DNA of 64,000 nt from a virus. The notes beneath the pieces were generated by a model, which worked only from the letters and a program-made list of their open reading frames with translations, searched no databases and was not told where the DNA came from. A program made the translations under genes and the position numbers. Each line of letters starts with the position of its first letter. Positions within the stretch are counted from its first letter, which is position 1. Shown here one piece after another: positions 18,121 through 27,996 of the stretch. The stretch spans positions 28,848 to 92,847 of the IMG/VR virus record IMGVR_UViG_3300021962_000055, one strand, 5' to 3'.

Positions 18121-19881
18121 TTATACTCCTGGTATGTGGTTATAGGTGACAGACCATCTAGGACTTGGCACTGCACCATTACTGTACACCGGAGACGTTC
18201 CAGTTGTTAGCTCGGTTACAGGCAATAGTTGGGGAATAAGCCTGGTTACAACGGCTCGAGTTTTTTGGTAGTTCGAGTTGTATACAGAAAAGTTTTCGAT
18301 AGGTAGTCCTGGTGATGCGCCATTTGGAGCAGCAGGGTTGTACCAGCGATAATCAGAAATGGTGTTGCCATCGACTAACCATCCGCCAAAAGTGGTGTCC
18401 CCATCAAAGAACAACCCACCAACCTGACGCTCCAAAAGCATCCTGCTAAAGTGCTGTGGTGCGTCAACTGTTGACAGTTGAAAAATTGATAGATACATAT
18501 TGGTGTAGGCAGTAACACTGTCTGGTACGGTAAGCCCCCAGTATTTGATACCACCCAATGTTGTTGATGTTGCTTGGCTGGCAACTAGCGTTGCAGATGC
18601 ACCGCCATATGGGGCCCCGCTGTACAACTCCACTTTAGTTACACTCTCTTGAGCCAGAGATCCCAATCCTGATTGAACTGAGAAATATAGGGTATCCCCA
18701 CCCTTGGCTCTGATATACCCTGAGGTTGTTTGTAAAACATTTACAGAACCACCAGAAGAAAGATCGGGGTCGTAAGACCATAGTTCATTGCCGATGACCG
18801 TTCCACCTGTTGCAGATGGGGTACCGCCACTGTAGGTGGTAGTGAACGACGCGGTGCCGGGCACGCCAGAATCAATCTGCAAAGAAAACACTGTCGAGCT
18901 TGGGGACCCTGCATCAAACAAACTGGAGAGAACTCTTGTAAGGTTCGGATCTTTTAGAAGGTTTACCCTTTGAGCATAGACCTTAATAGTGTTTGTAGCG
19001 TAATCAAACTCAATGTCAGAGCCGGTGATGGCTTGTAGGGCCAGCTCAATAGAGGTAGCCGTACCCTCACTCCTGCGTAGATACCCAATTATATCCAGCA
19101 GAGATCGAAGACGTGATGCACCCAGTTCCCTCGATTGCAGATCAACACCAAGATCCTGAGCAAGATAATCCAGTACTTCGCTATCTGCTACTTGTGGGTC
19201 TTTGCACGAGATAACGTAATCAATGGTCGTACGCACTCGATCAATTTCAAATCCAAAGATACTAAGGTATCTTTCTAGAGGACCACCAGAACCTTCATCT
19301 AAATCGGAGTCCAACAGTCTGTAGTGCTCTGGTATTTTTTTAAACAGATCTTTGGCTGACCCATAGTTTTTGGGGGAAAGAACTGAAATGGTGGCTGCCG
19401 GTTCATAGTAAAGATCGCCATCGCGTGATTCAAACTTTACAAATAAAGTGTAGTAAGCCCACTTACCAGGGGTTACATAGTGTGTGTATTCGCGTGTTCG
19501 GTTATCAAACATTAGTGTTTGCCCGTCACTGATTGTTTCAGGTTCTCCTGACTCGGAATACACAAGTACCAAGACAGTTGGTACAACCGTGTAAGGAGAA
19601 ACAACCGTTGTTAGATCAACCAGGGGCGCATCCCAGGAAAGGTGGTTTTCTCCATAGTCAACAACAGATACATCAAAAAAAGAAACAAACGAAAGAAGAC
19701 CGCCAGAAGAAACAGGGGTGTCCAAGATCGGCGCTACTAGAATGCCGTCTGCTTTTAATTTGGTGTCATCGTCTGCACGTACTGCCAAACCAACCGATGC
19801 TGCCGCTGACCCAGATGGATACTGGGTGTAAGAGCCATAGTTTGGCGTTATTTTTTGTAGCGTAAATGATTTACGTGCCAT
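18121..19881 (-). CDS. baseplate wedge/tail protein (P2 gpI-like)
   Basis: IPEHYR..D, LDYLAQDLG, EGT...IE; follows baseplate J. Confidence 0.75.
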   Translation of the reverse strand: MARKSFTLQKITPNYGSYTQYPSGSAAASVGLAVRADDDTKLKADGILVAPILDTPVSSGGLLSFVSFFDVSVVDYGENHLSWDAPLVDLTTVVSPYTVVPTVLVLVYSESGEPETISDGQTLMFDNRTREYTHYVTPGKWAYYTLFVKFESRDGDLYYEPAATISVLSPKNYGSAKDLFKKIPEHYRLLDSDLDEGSGGPLERYLSIFGFEIDRVRTTIDYVISCKDPQVADSEVLDYLAQDLGVDLQSRELGASRLRSLLDIIGYLRRSEGTATSIELALQAITGSDIEFDYATNTIKVYAQRVNLLKDPNLTRVLSSLFDAGSPSSTVFSLQIDSGVPGTASFTTTYSGGTPSATGGTVIGNELWSYDPDLSSGGSVNVLQTTSGYIRAKGGDTLYFSVQSGLGSLAQESVTKVELYSGAPYGGASATLVASQATSTTLGGIKYWGLTVPDSVTAYTNMYLSIFQLSTVDAPQHFSRMLLERQVGGLFFDGDTTFGGWLVDGNTISDYRWYNPAAPNGASPGLPIENFSVYNSNYQKTRAVVTRLIPQLLPVTELTTGTSPVYSNGAVPSPRWSVTYNHIPGV

Positions 19882-19882
19882 A

Positions 19883-21334
19883 TCACACCGATGTGGTTAT
19901 ACCACCAGAGGTGGTGATTGTGTAAGAGCCCTTACGGATCAGTTGAACGTTTGTTGGTGAACTTCCACCTAATGTTACGGTCGCGTATTCAACACCCTCT
20001 ACATTGTGTATTGCCCTATAGATATCACCAATTTTAATGTCTACACCAAACTGAATCCTCGGCAATTCAAACAGGGCATCTAACGCCCTTTCAACGGCTC
20101 TTTGTACAGATACTGCTACGTAGCTTTCTTGTACGTAAACAGTTGCGGTAATTGTTTTTGGAACTAAAGTTATTGAACTCTCAGCAACAACTGTTACCCC
20201 AAGAGTAGATAGTGGTTGAATCAATGCCTCAATCTCATCTTGGACAGTACTAGTTACTGCTACTGAGTTTGATGTGTAACTTGTGTATTCAGAAATATAA
20301 GGCATTCCATACACAGATACGCTTCCCCCACCACCGCCTGAAGCGTTTGGCGTATAGGCCACTACAGCTTTGTATACACTAGGTACCCGAAGAGCCAGGT
20401 CAACATAATCTTGAAGTGTTACCGCTCGGTCTTGTGACCTAATCATTGCTTTTAATGAGCTCTTAATTGAGTCGACAGTTTCACCATTACTGCCACCAGT
20501 AGCAGTTGTTGACGAAACAACTGCTAGTCCTACTGGCTGAGTAGTTTTAAACGCTGATATTTTGTTTTGTCCAACGTTCCCACTACCACCAGAGGTGGTG
20601 TTGTAGGTTGCAGTTATTTTGGTGTTTGTTGCTGGGATGCGTCCGCTTAAGCGGTTACCAAACAAAACTTGTGTTTCATTGTCAGCATTTACGATTACTG
20701 AATAAACACTGTTACCTGAATTACTAAGGGATATATTTGGTACTGGGTTCCACGCGGTTGGGTCTATACCGTTTTCATACACATAAACCTGCACGGATGA
20801 CGGAACGGCATTTGTTTTTGATAGCGAGTATTTTTGGTTTACTTGCCCATTTGCCGAAGTAGTCAATACTTCTTCTATAACTTTTTTACCTTCTGTAACT
20901 AAAACTCCTACAGTTTGACCAGCCAACACCGTTGTCTCTTGGTTTGAAAAGAACTCGTACTGAGATCCATCGCTAATTGCAACAAACACCGTTCCGGCGG
21001 CTAGTGAAACGGATGCCGACGATGAGTTGGAAACATACACAGTAGCGGTAGCAGATGAACGATTAAACGGGGTGTAGTCAAATAGGTTGGCCAATGCCAA
21101 CACGCTTTCACGTTGAGTGGCAGTTGTAATAAAAGCCTCGCCAGCAGCACGGTCAACGTAATAATGTAGGACGTCACCCATGTAAGCCCATAGGTCAACA
21201 AAAAGCATTCCAAAATCAGACGGGTCCCTATCGGTCCAGTCTGGAACAACACGTGATGCACGGGCCAACAAATCACGACGAATGTTTTCGTAATCGCGGC
21301 TAGCAAAGTCAAAACCTGGGGTTCCTAAAGGCAT
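19883..21334 (-). CDS. baseplate J / T4 gp6-like wedge protein
   Basis: DFASRDY...PDWTD...SDFG, FGN...G.IP, QDRAVTLQDY. Confidence 0.9.
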   Translation of the reverse strand: MPLGTPGFDFASRDYENIRRDLLARASRVVPDWTDRDPSDFGMLFVDLWAYMGDVLHYYVDRAAGEAFITTATQRESVLALANLFDYTPFNRSSATATVYVSNSSSASVSLAAGTVFVAISDGSQYEFFSNQETTVLAGQTVGVLVTEGKKVIEEVLTTSANGQVNQKYSLSKTNAVPSSVQVYVYENGIDPTAWNPVPNISLSNSGNSVYSVIVNADNETQVLFGNRLSGRIPATNTKITATYNTTSGGSGNVGQNKISAFKTTQPVGLAVVSSTTATGGSNGETVDSIKSSLKAMIRSQDRAVTLQDYVDLALRVPSVYKAVVAYTPNASGGGGGSVSVYGMPYISEYTSYTSNSVAVTSTVQDEIEALIQPLSTLGVTVVAESSITLVPKTITATVYVQESYVAVSVQRAVERALDALFELPRIQFGVDIKIGDIYRAIHNVEGVEYATVTLGGSSPTNVQLIRKGSYTITTSGGITTSV

Positions 21335-21342
21335 TGTTACTC

Positions 21343-21753
21343 CTAGATCGGGCTGTCTTCGGCAGTTACACCGGGTACGGCTACGTTAAATGCTACAACC
21401 TGGGGAGCCCCAAGTGGTAGACGATAAACAATTGTGATGGCCAGTGTCGTGTCTTGGTTCCCAAATGCAGCGACACTGTAGGATGGGGCTAGTCGAATAT
21501 CGAGAATAGAAACTCGGCTTATACTGTTTGACATTTCCTGCTTAGCGTCGATTACAAAGTCAGCAATAGACAATTCGTCAATCGGTTCAAATAGCAGTTG
21601 TCTGACACCAGCGCCATACCGATGGTTCATAACACGTTCGTACTTGCTGGTTGTAGCAACATTTATGATTTTTTGCTCAGCCACAACTGTTGGGGATGAG
21701 GTTGTTACAACCCGTCCTCCCGAAAATGAAAAAGGAACTTTTATTGACTTCAC
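21343..21753 (-). CDS. gp25-like baseplate wedge / sheath initiator
   Basis: PF.F...ERVM..RYG....LLFEP. Confidence 0.85.
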   Translation of the reverse strand: MKSIKVPFSFSGGRVVTTSSPTVVAEQKIINVATTSKYERVMNHRYGAGVRQLLFEPIDELSIADFVIDAKQEMSNSISRVSILDIRLAPSYSVAAFGNQDTTLAITIVYRLPLGAPQVVAFNVAVPGVTAEDSPI

Positions 21754-21995
21754 GCCGACCCTCCGTCAAGACCTGCGGTTGCAGAATACCCAGAGTTTAC
21801 TATATGTATGTTTGACACTTTTTCATCTTCAACAGCAACTAACACTTGGTCTCCTGTGGTTAAAGGCCCGTAAGAAATGTTACGTGATAGTTGTACTGAC
21901 ACGGCGTTACCTAGTAACGAAGGGATCTTTACGTACACCGCATCATTTGATGAATACGCAACGACAGCACGATAGACGCACATTCCGTCATACAT
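21750..21995 (-). CDS. short baseplate spike-like protein (gp5/VgrG OB-fold only)
   Basis: YRAVV...VKIP.L...GDQVLVA.E; position after hub gene. Confidence 0.6.
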   Translation of the reverse strand: MYDGMCVYRAVVAYSSNDAVYVKIPSLLGNAVSVQLSRNISYGPLTTGDQVLVAVEDEKVSNIHIVNSGYSATAGLDGGSA

Positions 21996-23154
21996 ATTCA
22001 ACCACCCTTTCTACTGATGTTTTCCACTCTCCATTTACGTATTTTGCAGGTGGTGGCGAATCAAACAATTCAGTGGGAGGGATTATGTATTCACTAGTTA
22101 AGTTAAAGTCCCTTGATATATCAAGGGTTGAAATACAACTAGATCCACCAATGGTGTGTTTAACAGAGTTAACATACCATAATCCTTCAAACTTTGCTCC
22201 GTAACCCGTGACCTCAACAACCCCACCAGGAACGGTGCCAATTGCTGCGTGTACATCAAGGATTGCATTAAACGGTAAGTTTTTACGTATCTTTGCCCCG
22301 ATTATCTTTTCAGACTCTATAACAGAGTTGGAGGATGTAGAGAGAGCAGATGTGTATTTTGATCGGTGCCCAACACCAGACCACGACATTTCAGACGATA
22401 GGTGGTCTCCTGTAGAGGTTACGGATACACCAGCGTTATCTAGAGAATCAACTTGGTAATTCCAAGAAACTCCATCCGGTGTTAAATACCCAAAGCTTCC
22501 GTGAAATTTTAAGATACCCCCAGGTTGCGGTGATGTTACCGTGTTGGGACTGACCAAGGTTTCGAATGAGGGTCGTCTACCAATTGCCTTAAACGGGTCC
22601 CATATATGCATGTGGGTTCCATGAACAGTAAACGAGTACCCGTAGGTGTCACAGAACCACGACAGGAACTCCCAATCTGATTTTTTTGCTTGAGCAATCT
22701 GGGGAATTGAAAACCCGTCGTTGACTACGTCGACACTAAATCCGTATTTGTCAGACATCTCTTTGGCGATAGACACCACTGAGCAGTTTTCCCATATCCT
22801 AGAGTTGGTGCTTTTCATGTTAATTGAAGCACCAAAACAAACAATGTTCGCCATTTGAAACTGGCTTCCATTTACAACTTGCCCACCGGCTGAATATTCG
22901 GGCTCAATGTATAAAACGTAACCATAAAACTCAAACTTGCGTCCTGTACCCAAAACAGCTGTGACTCTTACGGGTGCATCAATATAGTCCGTAATAGCTT
23001 TAGCTGGTATACCAGCCATTTGTAATGACAACATGTCATGCTTGTTGGCTGATAGGCTTAACGTAAGCTTGCTAATTGACAGGTAATTGACTTCAGATTC
23101 ACCAATGTCAATAGACACTTTGGGAGATAGCGGACTTCCGCTATTGATAATCAT
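21988..23154 (-). CDS. baseplate hub (gp27/gpD-like)
   Basis: Q...SDWEFL......GY; G.WYVNSVKH. Confidence 0.8.
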   Translation of the reverse strand: MIINSGSPLSPKVSIDIGESEVNYLSISKLTLSLSANKHDMLSLQMAGIPAKAITDYIDAPVRVTAVLGTGRKFEFYGYVLYIEPEYSAGGQVVNGSQFQMANIVCFGASINMKSTNSRIWENCSVVSIAKEMSDKYGFSVDVVNDGFSIPQIAQAKKSDWEFLSWFCDTYGYSFTVHGTHMHIWDPFKAIGRRPSFETLVSPNTVTSPQPGGILKFHGSFGYLTPDGVSWNYQVDSLDNAGVSVTSTGDHLSSEMSWSGVGHRSKYTSALSTSSNSVIESEKIIGAKIRKNLPFNAILDVHAAIGTVPGGVVEVTGYGAKFEGLWYVNSVKHTIGGSSCISTLDISRDFNLTSEYIIPPTELFDSPPPAKYVNGEWKTSVERVVEYV

Positions 23155-23393
23155 CGAGGAATCCTCAACAGCGTCCCTGTTGGTATGGTGTCAGGCCATT
23201 GCACTTGCGGGTTGATGTCAGCTATTTCCCAATACCTAGAACCGTCATTTAAAACCCTTGCAGCAATGTTTGCAAAGGTTTCACCATCTTTTGTTATGTA
23301 CTGGTAATACGAAGTAGCTTCTCCAGCTACACGGGAAGCAATAATCCCACCATGATAACTACGGTATCTGCTTGAAGTTCTGTAAACGGCCAT
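23151..23393 (-). CDS. LysM / tail-X-like baseplate protein
   Basis: GETFANIA....D...YWEIADINP...P..I..G..LRIP. Confidence 0.85.
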   Translation of the reverse strand: MAVYRTSSRYRSYHGGIIASRVAGEATSYYQYITKDGETFANIAARVLNDGSRYWEIADINPQVQWPDTIPTGTLLRIPR

Positions 23394-25180
23394 CACGCAC
23401 CTGACCATGTGAGCGCAAGCCTCTGCGCCCCTATTGACTGGTTCCCTTGAACAACACCCTTATTAGTCGCACTGGCGGTCAAATTAACCCCAGATGTCGT
23501 AGTGGCCGTAAGGTCTACAGTCACTTCAAAAATGTAATAAGAGTTTTTAATAGAGGACGGCACATCATTTCTTGTGCTAGCGTTAAACCGGCTAGATGAT
23601 TCATTTGGGATGTCTTTGTTATCGGTGCTCGTGTGTATGGATCTACGTCTTATACGTGCTCCACTGGCTCCAGATCCAGATGTACCGGCACCCCACTCAG
23701 ACTTACTTGCAGCTGTTTCACTTTTAGTAAACGACCCCATCTGTACAACACCTGAAGAGCTTTCTTTGTAAGTGTTGTTGTTTAACAAAGAAGTTGCCTC
23801 TGATTGGGTTAACCCTACTGACCCTGATCGTTTCCCGTACATAGAAAGTTTTGTTGTGTAACTAATCGTTATACCTGCATCTGCCTCAAACAATTTAAGA
23901 ATGTCGTCGTCATCAGCACCGGTTCTGGTGCGTTCACCAGTTTCTGCGTCGTCGACGTCTTCTCCACCTCTAATTGCCCGTACTTTATCGAACCCCATGA
24001 AAAGGGCTCTACCAGTAGAATCGTTTGTAAAGCCAGCCGAGTCATTAACAACATAGACCCAAGCCCCGTTATCGTCTATCTTGTTGTTGAATGCATCGTC
24101 GATATCTTTTTCGCTGTCTTCATATTCAACAGTAAACACTGCCGTAAAGCTGCTACCGGTAGTTGACAAAGCCTTCAATAGTTCTTTCTTTTCCCCTTCT
24201 TTGGCAGCGTCTTCTTGTTGCTTAGCCACCGCAGCACTTTTAAATTGCTTGGTAAGGAAAGTGTCTTGTTGAGCAAATCCAATGTACATGGCGCTCATAG
24301 ACAAGTACACCTTGCACTGCAGGGGTACCATGTTCGTGTTGAACTTGAGAAACTCAACTTTAGACGCGGTAATAAACCCATCTAACATGAACAAGCTTGA
24401 AAACATAACACGTACTGGGTTTGGCATCAAGAAAGCTGAGTTGCCAAAGTTTGCTTTCATAATCTCAGTTGCGGCAACGTCGTCAACTACCAGACCAGCG
24501 TCATCTGTTGTTGTAGAATCTTCTCCGTCGTCCTCCCCATCATCCTCTCCGTCAGTAGAGGGTTCTGGTTGTTGATTGTTATATACGCTACTGGCATTTG
24601 TTTTCAACGACGCCAACTGCCAGTTAAGCATCTCAGCTGAGAAACCTTGCCCAATAACAGAATACAAGACCCGCAGGTCTGACATTACGCCAATGTCATA
24701 CACATCCTTTGAGTCGTAATCACCCTTAACGTCGGCAGCGGGGTTGCTATTGGGGTCAGAAAATCGGCTATTACCAGCCGCAACTTCAGCAGACCTATCA
24801 AACAATAAGTCAAACTGAAAGTTCATAACAGCCCCCACTGGTTGGGCCAACTGCTCCGGAGTTTGCAAGATTGACAAATACATGTCTTCTCGCATTGCAA
24901 CGTTTTGTTGAATATCTTGTGGGTTAAATTGAAAGTTGCACCGACTAATTGGAACACCTTCTCCTAAAGCTGGTTGTTCTAAGTTGCGTATGTACCCTCT
25001 ATGCAACCTGTAATTGCCCCCAGCTACAGCCTGCTCATGCCCCCGAGCCGCTAGGGCGTGTTCAGCTTCAAGAAATCTAATACTACGGCTGGGGTATATA
25101 AAGGGTGGGTTTGTTATTCCCGTAGCTGATTTTTGCTCGTTCCAGTTAACACCAAAATCTCCGTCCTCACGGTAACCCAT
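23393..25180 (-). CDS. tail tube initiator-like protein
   Basis: FQFNP..I, F.LLFDR, VP..C.V motifs; between tape measure and LysM genes. Confidence 0.6.
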   Translation of the reverse strand: MGYREDGDFGVNWNEQKSATGITNPPFIYPSRSIRFLEAEHALAARGHEQAVAGGNYRLHRGYIRNLEQPALGEGVPISRCNFQFNPQDIQQNVAMREDMYLSILQTPEQLAQPVGAVMNFQFDLLFDRSAEVAAGNSRFSDPNSNPAADVKGDYDSKDVYDIGVMSDLRVLYSVIGQGFSAEMLNWQLASLKTNASSVYNNQQPEPSTDGEDDGEDDGEDSTTTDDAGLVVDDVAATEIMKANFGNSAFLMPNPVRVMFSSLFMLDGFITASKVEFLKFNTNMVPLQCKVYLSMSAMYIGFAQQDTFLTKQFKSAAVAKQQEDAAKEGEKKELLKALSTTGSSFTAVFTVEYEDSEKDIDDAFNNKIDDNGAWVYVVNDSAGFTNDSTGRALFMGFDKVRAIRGGEDVDDAETGERTRTGADDDDILKLFEADAGITISYTTKLSMYGKRSGSVGLTQSEATSLLNNNTYKESSSGVVQMGSFTKSETAASKSEWGAGTSGSGASGARIRRRSIHTSTDNKDIPNESSSRFNASTRNDVPSSIKNSYYIFEVTVDLTATTTSGVNLTASATNKGVVQGNQSIGAQRLALTWSGA

Positions 25181-27843
25181 TAGCTGCTCCTCAACGATTC
25201 GATTTCAAGTTCACGCCTAATCATTGCTACTAACTCCGAAGCAATCTTTTTAAGATCTTGAGAGTTTCCACTACCCATCAAGTTGATCGTTGGGCTCATA
25301 TTGATAGTGGTGCCTCCGGTTACCGATACAGCACCGCCAACAGACTGAGACACACGGCTAGCAACCGGTGTTGGGTCTCCAGACGGGTTAGGTACGCCTC
25401 GACTTTGGAGCACCTCGGTGGTCTGGTAGTCCGGGGCCCAAGACGAGTGGGCTTTCTCGATGGCTGCTGCTACCGCGTAGGGGTCATTACTCTTGTTCTT
25501 TAGAGCGTTGATAACACCCTTTTGGTAATTGGTCATATGGTAAACGCTGGCCAACATACCCTGTTCGTAGTTGGCAAAGTTCCATACGTGCCTTTTACCC
25601 CCCTCCCCAAAGGAGTTAAATGGTGTTGCTTCGCCCAGGTGAGCGCCCCCAGAACTTTGGGGAGAAGAGATGGTAGCGAGTGGGTTGAACTTAGCTCGAG
25701 TTCCTTCCGAGGCAATCCATGCAGACATCACCTGAAGGTTTGCTTCGGTTACAGGTGCCCCAATCCTTCTAAGGAAATCGCTACTCCACTGAGCAATGTC
25801 TACGCCAGATTTAGCGGTGCCCCCACTTGGGCCAAGGTCAATAGACATTGACGTTCCGCTGGCTCCTACGATGCGACCTGGCCTACGCCTTCTCTGCGTA
25901 GTCGACCCATCGGTTTGAACTGCCGTTCCACCAATACTACGTGCTACCCGCTCAGAAATAGAGGCGTAGCCAGAGGTGCCACCCTCCGAAAGGGCCGGAG
26001 AAGCTAGGCCAGTACGCGGACTGTCTCCCATCATTTCGCCAAAGTTACTGTTGGGGTCAAACGGAGCTGCACTTGTCGGCCCATGTCCCCAAGGTGCTCC
26101 CATTCGTTCGTATTCACCACGACCACCCGGAAGGTCTGCTGGCTGCACGTGCCACGGTTCGTTGTTAACGTCTTTGAAGTGGCGTAGGCCGTATTTGTGA
26201 GCGTTGGCTACCACCCAATCAAGATCTCCAGTAAGGTCGGCAGCAAGACCGATCTCATGCATCGATCGTCCCGGAGGGGCTGCTGCTGCCCCGCTGGTGT
26301 GCTCCCAGTATGAACCGTCCCACTGAATGTTCTTCTCACCACGGGAGTTAGTAGGACTGGTTGTCTTCGTGTATCGAGACAGGAACATACGACGTTGCTC
26401 GTCAGAACTACGTACACCTGTACCAATCTTTACGTTGGGGTTATCCGCCATCATCTTTGATAGGCGTTGTTGGAATGTTGGGTGTAACCCAGACATCCTT
26501 CCGCCAGACGACGGAGCTGTTGGGGTATTTGGATCCCCACCAAAGTTCAGGCCACTTGGGTCAGACCCAAACCCCAGCCCATTAGTAACATTTTGGAAAA
26601 CACTTGTGGCAATTCGGTTACTGCCGACCAATCCAAGAATCCCAGACAGACTGTCTTCTAGGGCTCCAAATGCCCTGGTAAGTGACTGTGTCTGACGCTC
26701 TAGGTATGCGTAGTTGTCTACCTGGCGTCTATAAAAGTTTTCATCGCGCCTTGTCTCTAGACGTTGGGTTTCTTCGACCTGAGTAGCAAAGTTCTCCTCA
26801 ATACCCATACGACGGCGGTCGGCTTCTTTACTGGGGTCATACATACCCCGCCCACCCTTACCCTGGAACGTAAGGTTTTGCTGGGCGTATTGAATAAGCT
26901 GGGTCTGCATCTCTTGCGGCACACCCATCATTGTCAACTTGGATCGTGTCACCGATCCTGGGAGTAGGGCTGATTTGACAGTCTTCTCGTCGGTCAACCC
27001 AGCAGCCCGTACGAGGCCTTGCATAACACTCATACCAGAGTTCTGTGTACCACCAGGTCCAATGATGGAGGTACCAGTCATCATGAACATTCGGTTGGCC
27101 ACAGGAGCACTGGCCAAGGTGCCCAGCATCCCGGTTACATCACTGGCCGACATGGAGTAACCGCTCATAGTGCGGAATGCCTCAACAGAGGCGGCCTGCT
27201 GGCGACCACTAAGTCCGATGGATGCTTCCATGGACATCAAGTCATTTATGCCTCCAGCACCAAGACGGTAGTTGGTCAAGGGCATACGATAGGTAGAACT
27301 AACCCCAAGCTGGCTTTGCCCTGTCAACTGCTGGTACAGCACCGACATCCGGTCAGCTGCCAAAACCCCTTCACGCCCCCTGTCAAACCGGGAGTTAGCA
27401 GCGTTAATGCCCATGTTAGCCATGGACAAACCAACGGCGGCTGCGCCAAACATACGCCCACCGCCAGCCATCTTGGTTTTTCCGATGGCGCCCATAACGC
27501 CACCCTCATTGAAGGTTCCTGCAATATCGGCTCGGCGTTCAAACAGCCTCTTTGCAGCGCTTAAGTTGGTACCAGCCATCTTGGTGCCCGCTGCACCACG
27601 AGCGTCCCCACCCCCGTCACCTCCGCCTGCTGCACCCTCGGCACGGTCTTCAAGGTCCCCCATGGCCTCAGAGACGGCCTTCTTAAGACCCTTCTCAAAC
27701 CGTGTGATTACACGATCAACAAAAGCGTTTACAGATTTTTCAATGGCCTGGACATCCTGGTTCACAGAACTTGAAACAGGGCGTGCGTCTCCACCAAGGG
27801 TGGATTCTTCTGCCCCTGACTGTGATAGTGGATCTATTGCCAT
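25180..27843 (-). CDS. tape measure protein with M15 peptidase and lysozyme-like domains
   Basis: Position after chaperones; RS..EQ...APPGRSMHEIGLAAD...EPWH; W..SEG....NPL. Confidence 0.85.
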   Translation of the reverse strand: MAIDPLSQSGAEESTLGGDARPVSSSVNQDVQAIEKSVNAFVDRVITRFEKGLKKAVSEAMGDLEDRAEGAAGGGDGGGDARGAAGTKMAGTNLSAAKRLFERRADIAGTFNEGGVMGAIGKTKMAGGGRMFGAAAVGLSMANMGINAANSRFDRGREGVLAADRMSVLYQQLTGQSQLGVSSTYRMPLTNYRLGAGGINDLMSMEASIGLSGRQQAASVEAFRTMSGYSMSASDVTGMLGTLASAPVANRMFMMTGTSIIGPGGTQNSGMSVMQGLVRAAGLTDEKTVKSALLPGSVTRSKLTMMGVPQEMQTQLIQYAQQNLTFQGKGGRGMYDPSKEADRRRMGIEENFATQVEETQRLETRRDENFYRRQVDNYAYLERQTQSLTRAFGALEDSLSGILGLVGSNRIATSVFQNVTNGLGFGSDPSGLNFGGDPNTPTAPSSGGRMSGLHPTFQQRLSKMMADNPNVKIGTGVRSSDEQRRMFLSRYTKTTSPTNSRGEKNIQWDGSYWEHTSGAAAAPPGRSMHEIGLAADLTGDLDWVVANAHKYGLRHFKDVNNEPWHVQPADLPGGRGEYERMGAPWGHGPTSAAPFDPNSNFGEMMGDSPRTGLASPALSEGGTSGYASISERVARSIGGTAVQTDGSTTQRRRRPGRIVGASGTSMSIDLGPSGGTAKSGVDIAQWSSDFLRRIGAPVTEANLQVMSAWIASEGTRAKFNPLATISSPQSSGGAHLGEATPFNSFGEGGKRHVWNFANYEQGMLASVYHMTNYQKGVINALKNKSNDPYAVAAAIEKAHSSWAPDYQTTEVLQSRGVPNPSGDPTPVASRVSQSVGGAVSVTGGTTINMSPTINLMGSGNSQDLKKIASELVAMIRRELEIESLRSS

Positions 27844-27855
27844 TGGTTCCTCGCT

Positions 27856-27996
27856 TTAGGTACTACGCCATTTTGCCATACGGAACCAGAAGTCACGTTG
27901 GCGAACGGTCATGGACCGTAAATCCGAGAGATTGAACCCTTTGTAAACAGAGGCGATTAATTCGTATTCCCAATAAGTATATTTCAGATTAGCTAA
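27856..27996 (-). CDS. tail assembly chaperone extension (gpT-like), probably by frameshift
   Basis: Start-less frame LANLKYTYWEYELIASVYKGFNLSDLRSMTVRQRDFWFRMAKWRST overlapping the chaperone stop. Confidence 0.65.
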   Translation of the reverse strand, partial: LANLKYTYWEYELIASVYKGFNLSDLRSMTVRQRDFWFRMAKWRST

